Positions 1-9,433 of a DNA stretch of 64,000 nucleotides are shown here, piece by piece. The DNA lies in contig OZ246007.1 in NCBI GenBank assembly GCA_965230515.1, forward strand, positions 23,196-87,195. The letters run 5' to 3'. Within the stretch, counting starts at the first letter, position 1; the number at the start of each line of letters is the position of its first letter. A program made the translations under genes and the position numbers. The notes beneath the pieces are model-generated. The model had not been told where the DNA came from. It ran no database searches and saw only the letters and a program-made list of their open reading frames with translations. The stretch is from Pseudomonadales bacterium. GTDB lineage: Bacteria > Pseudomonadota > Gammaproteobacteria > Pseudomonadales > IMCC2047.

Positions 1-738
1 GGGTGCAGTTGCGACATTGTCGTAGTCCATCGGCGTCATAATGACGATCACGGATTTTGGCTCAAAAGGGAAGTCTTTGTCCCAGTACAGCTCCCGTTCA
101 TGGATGATGTCGTACATGGGGTCGTAAACAAACCGCTTGTCAAAGCGGGTGATGCCGCAGCGTACAGCGCCAAACAGTTTTGCAGCACTTCGAATCATGG
201 TGGCGGCGCGCTTGGGGGAACCGAAGTCATATTGTTCGGCCTCTACATCGGATTGGTCCCAACTATGCAGCGGAGTGTTGGGCTGGGTGAACGCCTGTGG
301 CCTTGATTTCGCGGCAATTAGCGGAAACCATGCGGCATGGCCCAAAGCACGATCCGCCTGGTCGTAGCCTTCCCGTGTATTATCCGGCGGGAGCTTGTGT
401 TCAAAAGTTTGAATGTCGTAATTGAAATTAAACGTTTTATTGTGCAAACGGGCATACTGTATATTTCTTTCCGGATAGACCTCCTGGGACAATTTGGGGC
501 TGACCGCATAGCACAGCACAACGTCGCGCTGGTCCTTTGGCTTGAAGGTTTCATCAGTTTCAATGCCCTCGGATGGCGAACCGTCCAAAGAAGCTTTGGA
601 CGCTGCCAGCGTTGCTCCGCCGGCAGCCATTACACCTGCTCCGGCCAAAGCCGCTCGTTTAAAGAAGCTTCTGCGGGAGATGTTGGGTAGATCATCCAGG
701 GGCTTAACGGGAATTTGATTGTTATCCTGGTCGCTCAT
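1..738 (-). CDS. rdhA: Reductive dehalogenase catalytic subunit (RdhA-like), Tat-exported; N-terminal 246 aa only, runs off the window
   Basis: Hand translation from ATG at 738 is open to base 1: MSDQDNNQIPVKPLDDLPNISRRSFFKRAALAGAGVMAAGG... It has a twin-arginine signal, then EGYDQADRALGHAAW, IRSAAKLFGAVRCGITRFDKRFVY and FPFEPKSVIVIMTPMDY, which resemble RdhA conserved blocks. RBS GAGAGGAAG. The Fe-S motifs would lie outside the window. Confidence 0.82.
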   Translation of the reverse strand, partial: MSDQDNNQIPVKPLDDLPNISRRSFFKRAALAGAGVMAAGGATLAASKASLDGSPSEGIETDETFKPKDQRDVVLCYAVSPKLSQEVYPERNIQYARLHNKTFNFNYDIQTFEHKLPPDNTREGYDQADRALGHAAWFPLIAAKSRPQAFTQPNTPLHSWDQSDVEAEQYDFGSPKRAATMIRSAAKLFGAVRCGITRFDKRFVYDPMYDIIHERELYWDKDFPFEPKSVIVIMTPMDYDNVATAP

Positions 739-819
739 GGTGAATTCTTCCTCTCAATAATGACAACTTGTTATTCAATACCGGCTTGTGATGTGGTACC
801 GGTCTGATCCGGTGTTGGT

Positions 820-1428
820 TTAACAGATTTCAAGTAGCTCAATTTCAAAAACCAGTGCCGCATTCCCCGGTATATTGGGCGGACGACCCAGTTCGCCATA
901 GGCTAGGTTTGCAGGTATAAAAAACCGGCATTTGGTGCCAACAGGCATCAGCTGTAGGCCCTCGGTCCAGCCTGCAATAACTGACTGTAAAGGAAACTCT
1001 ACAGGGGCACCCCGTTCTACAGAGCTGTCAAATACATCACCGTTGGTCAGCGTTCCGTGATAATGAACGAGGACACTATCCAGGGGGTGGGGTTTGGCGC
1101 CGGTTCCCTGTTCCAGAATTTCATATTGCAGACCACTGGCTGTGACATGGATATCATCTCGTTGCGCATTCTGTCTCATAAAATCAGTACTTTGGTTGGC
1201 TGCAGTTTTCGCTTCCGCCTGTCTTTTTTGTTCAAGCTTTGCGGTAATGGCCTTAAAAGCGTTTTCTGCGTCTTCATCGGAGAAGGGGCTCTGATTGCCC
1301 AGGTAACAGTCTCGAAGCCCTTCATGCACGGCCTCAAGGTTGAGACCTTCGAAATCATGGGTTAGCAGGTGGCGGCCAAATTGCCAGCCAAGGCCGTAGC
1401 TAACCGTTCGTTCATCACTATTTGTCAT
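820..1428 (-). CDS. FKBP-type peptidyl-prolyl isomerase (FklB/Mip-like, dimerisation + FKBP domains)
   Basis: SYGLG N-terminal domain, SGLQYEIL, VHYHGTL..G.VFDSS.ERG.P, VIAGWTEGLQLM, IP.NAALVFEIELL. Confidence 0.95.
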   Translation of the reverse strand: MTNSDERTVSYGLGWQFGRHLLTHDFEGLNLEAVHEGLRDCYLGNQSPFSDEDAENAFKAITAKLEQKRQAEAKTAANQSTDFMRQNAQRDDIHVTASGLQYEILEQGTGAKPHPLDSVLVHYHGTLTNGDVFDSSVERGAPVEFPLQSVIAGWTEGLQLMPVGTKCRFFIPANLAYGELGRPPNIPGNAALVFEIELLEIC

Positions 1429-1431
1429 GGG

Positions 1432-1989
1432 TCACCTCGCTACCTGATTGATCGGATGGCTGATTGGCGGAACGATAGGGCCTTTGGGTGGCAGTGGCAG
1501 CAGCAATGGCGGCTCCATATATGCCTTATGGCAGGCATTGCATGTCTTGATGACTGCGCCTATGCCATTGGTGGCACCCTTGTCGTCATGCATGCGGGAG
1601 TGTTGGGCGAGGCCCATTGCTGCCGTCTCAGTGGCCAGTGACTTGGCCTTGAAATCGTTGATGTTATCCAGAATGGAGGGCCTGGCCTTCGTACCTTCAA
1701 AGGAGCCCGGAATGATAAAAAACTCATAGGACATTTTGGCCAGATACTCGAGCGCATCGGTGCGATCATTCATGCGCAGGCCGTTCCATTTTTTTTGTCC
1801 TGAAGCAAGCCTTATGGCGTCTATCAGCTGTGCTGCCATCAGCCGATGAATGCCAATTCTGGCTTCGATGGCCGGTTTTGCTTGAGTATAGGGGTCTGGC
1901 ATTTTCTGTAGTGGATTTTCCGCTGCTGCTGCGAAACTGCATAACCCGCTCATGACCAGCGGTAGTATGAGGTGAGTAAGCCTGGACAT
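1432..1989 (-). CDS. Class II (four-helix, c'/c556-like) periplasmic cytochrome c with Pro-rich tail
   Basis: Sec-type signal peptide; single C-terminal CNACH; TKARPSI resembles the T.A.P.IW motif of cytochrome c'. Confidence 0.85.
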   Translation of the reverse strand: MSRLTHLILPLVMSGLCSFAAAAENPLQKMPDPYTQAKPAIEARIGIHRLMAAQLIDAIRLASGQKKWNGLRMNDRTDALEYLAKMSYEFFIIPGSFEGTKARPSILDNINDFKAKSLATETAAMGLAQHSRMHDDKGATNGIGAVIKTCNACHKAYMEPPLLLPLPPKGPIVPPISHPINQVAR

Positions 1990-2097
1990 ATCTATTACCC
2001 TTGAGTTCGTTGCAGGGAGGCCTTTTTCCGTATTGCGCCTTCCTGTATTTGTTATCGGTTGGCAAGCTTCTTGATCGCTTGGTTGCTTAAAAACAGG

Positions 2098-2112
2098 TCA
2101 AGTTTTATGCCA
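2098..2112 (-). promoter_or_regulatory. Sigma54 -24/-12 promoter for the cytochrome-FKBP-rdhA operon
   Basis: Minus strand TGGCAT-AAAAC-TTGA vs consensus TGGCAC-N5-TTGC; ~110 bp upstream of the cytochrome start, next to a sigma54 activator gene. Confidence 0.7.
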
Positions 2113-2141
2113 TAAAATAAGCAGGATGATGTGGAAAACGC

Positions 2142-2154
2142 TAACCGATTGAAA
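2142..2154 (-). promoter_or_regulatory. Putative IHF site between enhancer and sigma54 promoter
   Basis: TTTCAATCGGTTA, one mismatch to WATCAANNNNTTR, AT-rich flank, typical position. Confidence 0.45.
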
Positions 2155-2225
2155 ACAAATATAATTTAAGTGTATAAGGGTGGGCTGTTGAGAGTGTTTT
2201 GGATAACCAGGGTTTATCAGTAATG

Positions 2226-2258
2226 CACGAAATATAGTGATAATCCCTAAATAACGTG
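2226..2258. promoter_or_regulatory. Putative tandem upstream activator sequences for the sigma54 activator
   Basis: CACGAAATATAGTG (2226-2239) and CCCTAAATAACGTG (2245-2258): related imperfect palindromes 115-145 bp upstream of the -24 box. Confidence 0.5.
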
Positions 2259-2280
2259 AATTCCAGGGCGTGTTCTAATG

Positions 2281-3735
2281 TTAGGGATTATGGTTATGCC
2301 GAGAGATCCCCAGTTTTTTCATGCGTGATTCAAGAGTGGTGGGTTTCAATCCTAGCAATCGGGCGGCACCTTTTGGGCCGCTTACCCGCCAGGAGGTTTG
2401 TTCCAGGGCTTTCAGTATGTGCTGTGACTCTGAGTCCGCTAGCGTCAAAATACCGGAATTTCCTTCGTCTGACTGCTGTTGAATAAACCATTCCCCGAGT
2501 TCAAGTTTATCGTTACTGCTGATGATAAGCGCGCGTTCGATGATGTTTTCAAGCTCTCTGACATTACCTGGCCAGTGATAGCTAACAAGGGCGTCAAAAG
2601 ATTTTTGAGGAATGGTCGCTACCCGTTTTCCCAATCGGGCACCAAGCTTGTCGACAAAATGCTGTACAAGTAAGGGGATATCTTCGCGTCTGTCTCGCAG
2701 TGCCGGTGAATAGATAGGAAACACGTTCAGGCGGTAGTAAAGATCTTCCCGGAATTTGCCCTCTCTAATCAGCTCCTTAAGATCATGGTTGGTGGCTGCG
2801 AGTACGCGCACATTCACCTTTAAGGTTTCGGAGCTTCCCACACGTTCTAACTCTCCCTCCTGCAGTACTCGAAGTAGCTTTGCCTGGAGGTCGAGAGGCA
2901 GGTCACCTATTTCATCGAGAAACAGGGTGCCCTGGTGGGCCAGCTCAAATCGTCCGGTTTTGCGAGCCATAGCTCCAGTAAAAGCACCTTTTTCATGGCC
3001 AAACAGTTCGCTTTCGATCAAATTGGATGGAAGCGCAGCACAGTTTACTTTGACCAAAGGTTTATCCGAACGCTGACTATGGCTATGAATGGCGCGGGCA
3101 ACCAGCTCTTTTCCTGTCCCCGTTTCTCCCAGTATCAGCACTGTGGTATCGGTATTGGCGACCTGTTCGATCTGTTGCAACATATATTTGAAAGGTCGGC
3201 TGGTGCCCACCATTCCACTGTTGCCCTGTTCAACCCGGATCTCTTCCTTTAGATAATGATTTTCCTTTTCCAGTTTTTCCTTTAATTCATTAAGTTCACC
3301 CAGTGCGGTTTGCAGGGCATGCTGGGTTTCTTTAATTTCCGTAATATCCCGAGCCTCAGGAACCAGAAACTGTACTTTTTGGTTCTCGTTTAACAAGGGA
3401 TTGAGCGAAAAGTCAAAAGATCGACGCTTCCCGTGGGTATCGGTGTGCTCGGTTTCAAACCGCACAAATACGCCGGTGTTTGCTTTTTCGATCGCTTTAA
3501 TTATCTGTTCCTGAATCGTTGTAGAGTGGTTCCACCATGGTGTGTCCCAAAAGAACTTGCCTAGCACCTCTTCTTCAGAAACGCCGATCATTTCCAGTGC
3601 AGTTTCATTAACCATTAACAAACGGCCATCGGTATCCAGTAGCCCGGTAAGCTGAAAGTGGTGATTGAATATCGCATTCAGTAAATCAGGGTTATTCGGA
3701 TCGATCTGGGTAAGAGATTTATTGGTTTTGGTCAT
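2281..3735 (-). CDS. PAS-domain sigma54-dependent transcriptional activator (FhlA-like AAA+ and HTH)
   Basis: N-terminal PAS ([10 protein letters not shown]), [41 protein letters not shown]-terminal HTH. Confidence 0.95.
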   Translation of the reverse strand: MTKTNKSLTQIDPNNPDLLNAIFNHHFQLTGLLDTDGRLLMVNETALEMIGVSEEEVLGKFFWDTPWWNHSTTIQEQIIKAIEKANTGVFVRFETEHTDTHGKRRSFDFSLNPLLNENQKVQFLVPEARDITEIKETQHALQTALGELNELKEKLEKENHYLKEEIRVEQGNSGMVGTSRPFKYMLQQIEQVANTDTTVLILGETGTGKELVARAIHSHSQRSDKPLVKVNCAALPSNLIESELFGHEKGAFTGAMARKTGRFELAHQGTLFLDEIGDLPLDLQAKLLRVLQEGELERVGSSETLKVNVRVLAATNHDLKELIREGKFREDLYYRLNVFPIYSPALRDRREDIPLLVQHFVDKLGARLGKRVATIPQKSFDALVSYHWPGNVRELENIIERALIISSNDKLELGEWFIQQQSDEGNSGILTLADSESQHILKALEQTSWRVSGPKGAARLLGLKPTTLESRMKKLGISRHNHNP

Positions 3736-3972
3736 GATAAAGCCGAGTTCGCTTTTTTGATGATCCTGTTATCTTATACGAATTAAGTGTTAAGCACAGC
3801 AATTTGAAAAATAGGGTCGTTGGTGCTTCTGATGTTCTTTATTTCTGCTCGAACGTGTTACATGGGTTGATTAAATTGACGAAAGTCGTTCAATGCTGAC
3901 TTAAAATAAGCAGATGTGCATGGAGGGAAGCTCAGGTTAATCGCTCTTTACTGCAAGGCTCTGGGTAGGCGG

Positions 3973-4818
3973 TCAATTCCGTTCCCCAAAAGCCTGCGAG
4001 TGATGCGCGATATGCTCACCTATAAAGCTGGCAATAAAAAAATAACTGTGGTCATAGCCGGACTGAATTCTCAGTTCGAATGGATGATTCGCTTCGCGAC
4101 AGGCATCTGCCAGTCGTTCCGGCTTTAACTGTTCATCCAGAAACCCGTCCTGGTCGCCCTGGTCGATCAGAATAGGCAGGCGTTCTTTGGCGGATTTGAT
4201 CAGCGCGCAACTGTCGTATTGAGCCCATTGCTGCCGGTCGTTGCCAAGATAATGGCTGAGCGCTTTTTCACCCCAGGGGCAGTTCATCGGAGAGCAGATC
4301 GGCGCAAAGGCTGATACAGCTTTATAGCGTCCGGGATTTTTAAGTGCCATGGTGATGGCACCGTGGCCACCCATCGAGTGGCCCATCATCGATTGCCGGG
4401 ATGCATCCAGCGGGAGCTGCTTGAATATCAGCTCGGGAAGTTCCTCGCAGATATAGTCGTACATCTGATAGTTTTTTCGCCAGGGTTCCTGTGTCGCGTT
4501 AACATAGAATCCTGCTCCTATGCCAAAATCCCATTCATCATCGGGATCATCCGGAATGGCTTCTCCTCTGGGGCTGGTGTCTGCGGCGATCATGGCCACG
4601 CCGTGCTCACTGGCGTAGCGCTGCGCGCCCGCTTTTTGTACGAAGTTCTCGTCGGAGCAGGTCAGCCCCGAGAGCCAGAATATTGCCGGTACCGGTTTCT
4701 GCTCCGCGAGAGGTGGTAGATAAACGGAAAAATTCATCTCGCAGTTCAGACTGCCGGAGTGGTGCTGGTAGCGTTGCTGATGGCCGCCAAAGCATCGAAT
4801 GTCGCTGATCTTTTGCAT
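3973..4818 (-). CDS. fghA: S-formylglutathione hydrolase
   Basis: WLSGLTC, GHSMGGHGA, GYDHSYFFIASFI; adjacent to frmA. Confidence 0.96.
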   Translation of the reverse strand: MQKISDIRCFGGHQQRYQHHSGSLNCEMNFSVYLPPLAEQKPVPAIFWLSGLTCSDENFVQKAGAQRYASEHGVAMIAADTSPRGEAIPDDPDDEWDFGIGAGFYVNATQEPWRKNYQMYDYICEELPELIFKQLPLDASRQSMMGHSMGGHGAITMALKNPGRYKAVSAFAPICSPMNCPWGEKALSHYLGNDRQQWAQYDSCALIKSAKERLPILIDQGDQDGFLDEQLKPERLADACREANHPFELRIQSGYDHSYFFIASFIGEHIAHHSQAFGERN

Positions 4819-4830
4819 CTTTTTCGGATC

Positions 4831-5937
4831 CTAGTAAAGCACAACTGAACGAATGCTTTTGCCTGCATGCATCAGCTCGAATGCCGTATTAATCTCTTCC
4901 AGTGGCATGGTATGGGTAATCAGGTCGTCAATATTAATTTTATTATCCATATACCAGTCGACGATCTTTGGAACGTCGGTTCGGCCACGCGCACCACCAA
5001 ATGCTGTGCCGCGCCAGACTCTGCCGGTTACCAGTTGAAATGGGCGCGTGGAGATCTCCTGTCCGGCACCAGCGACGCCGATAATATAGGATTCCCCCCA
5101 GCCCTTGTGGCAGCACTCCAATGCCTGCCGCATGGTGTTGACGTTGCCGATGCATTCAAAGCTGTAATCCGCACCGCCGCCGGTCAGTTCGACGATCGAA
5201 GACACAATATCTTCCACCTCTTTAGGGTTGATGAAATCGGTCATACCAAACTGTCGAGCCAGTGGAACTTTGGATTCGTTCAGGTCAATACCCACGATTT
5301 TATTGGCGCCGGCCAGTCTTGCGCCCTGAATGACATTGAGTCCGATTCCGCCGAGACCAAAGACGACCACATTTGATCCTGGCTCTACTTTGGCATCAAA
5401 TACTACCGCACCCACTCCGGTTGTGACGCCGCAGCCAATGTAGCAGACTTTGTCGAATGGCGCGTCCTGGCGGATTTTTGCTAATGCTATCTCGGGTAAT
5501 ACGGTGTAGTTGGAAAAGGTGGAGCAACCCATGTAGTGCAAAATAGGTTTTCCATCCAACGAATATCGACTGGAGCCATCAGGCATCAGCCCGGCACCCT
5601 GAGTTTCGCGAATGGCCTGGCACAGATTGGTTTTCGGGTGAAGGCAGAAATCACACTCCCGACACTCCGGTGTATAAAGGGGAATCACGTGGTCGCCTGG
5701 CTTGAGTGAGGTCACGCCTGGGCCTACTTCCTGCACGATTCCGGCACCCTCATGGCCCAATATTGCCGGAAAGGCACCCTCCGGATCATCGCCCGAAAGG
5801 GTAAAAGCATCAGTGTGACAGACCCCTGTTGCCTTAATTTCGACCAATACTTCACCGGCTTTGGGGCCTTCGAGATCCACTTCTACAATTTCTAAAGGTT
5901 TGCCCGCCTCAAAGGCAACGGCTGCTCTTGTTTTCAT
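4831..5937 (-). CDS. frmA: S-(hydroxymethyl)glutathione dehydrogenase / class III alcohol dehydrogenase
   Basis: [49 protein letters not shown]. Confidence 0.97.
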   Translation of the reverse strand: MKTRAAVAFEAGKPLEIVEVDLEGPKAGEVLVEIKATGVCHTDAFTLSGDDPEGAFPAILGHEGAGIVQEVGPGVTSLKPGDHVIPLYTPECRECDFCLHPKTNLCQAIRETQGAGLMPDGSSRYSLDGKPILHYMGCSTFSNYTVLPEIALAKIRQDAPFDKVCYIGCGVTTGVGAVVFDAKVEPGSNVVVFGLGGIGLNVIQGARLAGANKIVGIDLNESKVPLARQFGMTDFINPKEVEDIVSSIVELTGGGADYSFECIGNVNTMRQALECCHKGWGESYIIGVAGAGQEISTRPFQLVTGRVWRGTAFGGARGRTDVPKIVDWYMDNKINIDDLITHTMPLEEINTAFELMHAGKSIRSVVLY

Positions 5938-6080
5938 GGTTATGCTCCAGTGTGTTGTTGGTTAATCGCTAGCCTATGTTTGGAAGGTGATGCCTGTTAA
6001 ATACTACATTGTTTTTTCTTGAGTTATAAACAGTATAAATGCAACATATTGTTCTTTTTGTGCAACAAAGGGTTTGGTCG

Positions 6081-6950
6081 ATGAGTAAATGGGATCAGTA
6101 TGAAGCCTTCGTTAAAGTGGTCGAACATAAGGGATTCTCTGCCGCCGCGGACAAAATGGAGGTGTCCAAGTCCTATATCAGCCGCCAGATATCAGGCCTT
6201 GAAAACCGGCTTGGCGCGCAACTGCTCAACCGCACTACACGTAAGGTAACACTGACGGAGCTTGGTGGCAGTTTTTACAGCCATTGTAAAGATCTGCTCG
6301 GAAATCTGGAATTTGCCGAACAGGCAGTGATGGACATGCAGGCACGTCCCATCGGGACGTTGCGCATCACCGCTGTTGGCGTTTTTGCGGAGGATTATGT
6401 GGTTCCGGTAGCAATCGAGTATATGAAAGCATATCCGGATATTCGAGTGGATATAGATTTTTCTGACCGGGCTATCGATCTTGTTGCCGAGGGCTTTGAT
6501 CTGGCAATCCGTTCGGGTGTGCTGCCTGATTCCAGTCTGAAAGCGCGTAAAATAGTGCCTCGAAATCTAAAAATCTGTGCCAGTCCGCATTACCTTTCCG
6601 AGCACGGTATACCCGGACGAATATCTGATCTTCATCAGCATAACTGCCTGGTGGGTTCAAATACCACCTGGCGAATAAAAGATGACGAACATCATTATGA
6701 CTTTAAGGTTGAGGGTAGCTGGCGCTCCAATAACGGAAGGGCTCTGAAACGCGCGGCATTGAGTGGATTGGGAATCGTCCAATTGCCGGAGCTTTACTTA
6801 AGAGATGATATAGAAGCAGGACGTTTACGTTCTATTTTGGATAAATATAATCCTGTAGACCCAATGTATTGGGCGGTTTACCCTTATAATCGTCACCTGG
6901 CAACCAAAGTCAGGTTGTTTATCGATCTGCTGGTGAATCGTCTGACCTAG
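6081..6950 (+). CDS. LysR-family regulator, divergent from frmA
   Basis: FSAAA..S.ISRQISGLENRLGAQLLNRTTRKV HTH; CrgA-like effector domain; start placed at ATG 6081. Confidence 0.93.
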   Translation: MSKWDQYEAFVKVVEHKGFSAAADKMEVSKSYISRQISGLENRLGAQLLNRTTRKVTLTELGGSFYSHCKDLLGNLEFAEQAVMDMQARPIGTLRITAVGVFAEDYVVPVAIEYMKAYPDIRVDIDFSDRAIDLVAEGFDLAIRSGVLPDSSLKARKIVPRNLKICASPHYLSEHGIPGRISDLHQHNCLVGSNTTWRIKDDEHHYDFKVEGSWRSNNGRALKRAALSGLGIVQLPELYLRDDIEAGRLRSILDKYNPVDPMYWAVYPYNRHLATKVRLFIDLLVNRLT

Positions 6951-7022
6951 CAACTATCCCTGCACCAAAACAGTCAATTTTTTTATTCCTCATAGATCAG
7001 AGAGACACCTTGATAAGTACTC

Positions 7023-7080
7023 ACTGTTTAAAAATTGCTGCCAATATTGAATAGTGCGCGGGTTTTGGCTGTGTTCAAAT
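7023..7080 (+). promoter_or_regulatory. Operator/promoter copy 1 of a motif shared across the catabolic cluster
   Basis: ACTGTttaaAAATTGCTGCCAATATTGAATAGTGC, then a 17-bp spacer and TCAAAT; matches the copies at 9434 and 14723. Confidence 0.6.
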
Positions 7081-7085
7081 GCGCA

Positions 7086-7169
7086 CCAGATTTAAAGTCT
7101 TCCTCCTGTTGTGCCTGGCACAACAATAAGCGCCGATATGGCCAGGCCCTTTTGAAGGGCCTTTTTTTT
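7086..7169 (+). ncRNA. Candidate small RNA (or terminated leader)
   Basis: Promoter motif directly upstream; CU-rich UCUUCCUCC tract; inverted repeat at 7107-7125; intrinsic terminator at 7144-7169; no credible ORF. Confidence 0.5.
7144..7169 (+). terminator. Rho-independent terminator
   Basis: AGGCCCTT-ttg-AAGGGCCT followed by a T run. Confidence 0.85.
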
Positions 7170-7297
7170 ATTCTTTAATTGCCATTAAGATTGCCTAAAC
7201 AGAATATTTTCTACCTTAACTGAATATCTACGGTCGGCGCCCCGCTTATATACTCTTTTAACAGCTTTCATGGCGGTTGAATATATAGGGAGGGACC

Positions 7298-7807
7298 ATG
7301 AAACGACGTTTTTTTGTTACCAATCTGAGCCGATTGAGTGTTGCAATAACTATTGCACCATGGCGTGTCTTGGCAAATTCGCCCAGTGTTAATGGGTCAA
7401 ATTCTAATTCCGCATCGCTGCAAGTCAGAGCCATGTTCGCGGAATTGGCCTACCTGCTGTTGCCGTTACAACCGGCTGACTCTGAAATCTACCAAATTGT
7501 GGCTGAGCATCTGATGCGGCAGATGGTTGCCCGGCCTGCTACTCATAAGTTACTTAGTAATGGTCTTGATCAGTTAAACCAAAGTGCTGAGCGTGGTTGG
7601 TTATCGGTATCTCGTGCTGAACGAAAAGTCGTGATGGTTAGGTTTATAGAGTTGCCTTATATCGCAATCGTGCGCTGGGTGACGCATGAACAGGTGCTGC
7701 GCAATCGGCACGTTTGGGCGCAAGTGGGGTATCAGGGCTCGGCTATTGAGAAGGGTGGTTATTTAAAGCGCGGATTTAATGATATTGATTGGCTGCCGGT
7801 GCGTTGA
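7298..7807 (+). CDS. Tat-signal small subunit of a GMC dehydrogenase (gluconate 2-dehydrogenase subunit 3-like)
   Basis: MKRRFF signal; C-terminal VW..VGYQGSAIEKGGYL.RGFNDIDWLP; directly upstream of the GMC gene. Confidence 0.8.
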   Translation: MKRRFFVTNLSRLSVAITIAPWRVLANSPSVNGSNSNSASLQVRAMFAELAYLLLPLQPADSEIYQIVAEHLMRQMVARPATHKLLSNGLDQLNQSAERGWLSVSRAERKVVMVRFIELPYIAIVRWVTHEQVLRNRHVWAQVGYQGSAIEKGGYLKRGFNDIDWLPVR

Positions 7808-7814
7808 GAGGTGA

Positions 7815-9377
7815 ATGGTAATGACGAAATTTGATCGGGATGATGACTCTGTCGTAGTAGTGATAGGTTCCGGGGCGGGAGGAGGAACCCTGTCCAATGA
7901 ATTAGCCCAGCGAGGCATCAAGGTTGTATGCCTGGAGGCGGGCAAGCGGCTCAAAGCGAGCGAAATTATTAATGATGAAGCGGTGATGTATGAGAGGTTG
8001 ACCTGGTTTGATAGACGCAAGGGTACAGGGGATGCGTCCGCCCAGTTTCCGGTCTGGACCTGTAAAACAGTCGGTGGAACAACCATGCACTGGACGGCAT
8101 CCTGCCCCCGTATGCAGGAGCATGAATTCCGTGCCCGGTCTACCTATGGCGAAATCGGAAATACCAATCTGGTTGATTGGCCGTTGAGTTACGATGAACT
8201 GGCACCCTATTACAGTCAGGCCGAGAACAGGTTGGGGGTAACCGGTACGCATGGGATTGAGCGTCTGCCGGGCAATAACAACTACAAAGTACTCGAAGCC
8301 GGAGCACGGGCCTTGGGCTACCGGCAGATTGATACCAATAATGTTGCTATCAATTCCCAGACACGGGATGGCAGACCGTCCTGTATGCAGCTCGGGTTTT
8401 GCACCAGTGGTTGTGTTGTTCGGGCAAAATGGTCAACGCTTTACACTGAGATTGAAGCGGCTGAAAAAACAGGCCATTTTGAACTGAGACCGGAATCCAT
8501 GGCGGTGCGTATAAACCATACCCCGGAAGGTCGCGTCAACAGTGTCCAGTATCGGGATGCATCAGGCCAGATGCAGACTCAAAAGGCGCGGCTGGTATGC
8601 GTGGCAGGAAATGCAGTGGAGACAGTACGTTTGCTGCTAAACTCCCGTTCTTCAATGTTTCCTGAAGGTTTGGCAAACTCAAGTGACCAGGTTGGCAGGA
8701 ATTACATGCGCCATTTTACGTTGCCTGTTATAGGCATTATGCCGGGCCCGGTCAATATGCACCGGGGCACGCATCAGGCGGGGATTGTAAAAGACGAGAG
8801 ACACCATGATTCTGATCGAGGTTTCAGTGGAGGGTTCTTGTTCCTGACAGTACCCTTTACACCTGAGATCGTCGGAAAAATCATCCTTCGTGATAAGTGG
8901 GGCGACGAGCTGGCCGGTATACTGAATCGTTATGATCATATGGCGGCTATGCTCGTGCATGGCGAGGATATGCCGCAATCCACCAACCGCATTACCTTGC
9001 ATGCTTCAGAAAAAGATGAAAATGGACTGCCGGTCCCCGTTATTCACTATAGGGATCACCCTAATACCAAAAAAATGAAGCATTATGCAAAGGAAAGGGG
9101 GGTTGCCATCTACCGGGCGTTGGGTGCCCGGGAAATATTTTCACCCGATGATGTGTTTCCGGCAACGCACAACATGGGCGTTGCCCGGATTGGCTTGGAT
9201 CCGCGAGAGTCGGTTTGTAATGCCTGGGGCCAGACCCATGATATTTCCAACCTGTTTGTATCTGATGGTAGCCTTTTGCCGACTGTTGGCTGTGAAAACC
9301 CGACCTTGACCATTGTCGCGCTGATTTTGCGCCAGGCTGATTATATTGAACAGCAGATGTTAAAGGGCGTACTATAA
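7815..9377 (+). CDS. GMC-family FAD oxidoreductase
   Basis: VIGSGAGGG FAD motif, KTVGGTTMHW, C.QLGFC..GC, HNMG, NLFVSDGS, ENPTLTI. Confidence 0.93.
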   Translation: MVMTKFDRDDDSVVVVIGSGAGGGTLSNELAQRGIKVVCLEAGKRLKASEIINDEAVMYERLTWFDRRKGTGDASAQFPVWTCKTVGGTTMHWTASCPRMQEHEFRARSTYGEIGNTNLVDWPLSYDELAPYYSQAENRLGVTGTHGIERLPGNNNYKVLEAGARALGYRQIDTNNVAINSQTRDGRPSCMQLGFCTSGCVVRAKWSTLYTEIEAAEKTGHFELRPESMAVRINHTPEGRVNSVQYRDASGQMQTQKARLVCVAGNAVETVRLLLNSRSSMFPEGLANSSDQVGRNYMRHFTLPVIGIMPGPVNMHRGTHQAGIVKDERHHDSDRGFSGGFLFLTVPFTPEIVGKIILRDKWGDELAGILNRYDHMAAMLVHGEDMPQSTNRITLHASEKDENGLPVPVIHYRDHPNTKKMKHYAKERGVAIYRALGAREIFSPDDVFPATHNMGVARIGLDPRESVCNAWGQTHDISNLFVSDGSLLPTVGCENPTLTIVALILRQADYIEQQMLKGVL

Positions 9378-9433
9378 GTAATTCCATCCGGTGCAGTACG
9401 AGCGATTGTTCTGAGTTGGCAAAGGGCGGCATT

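Noticed and set aside
100-690. Short ORFs in the supplied track (100..306, 137..367, 318..563, 337..690)
   Set aside because: They are shadows of the real minus-strand rdhA-like frame (738->1), which the track missed because it has no stop in the window.
2060-2074. Plus-strand TGGCAAGCTTCTTGA, a second sigma54-like box
   Set aside because: It points toward the 3' end of the activator with no gene to drive, so it is probably chance.
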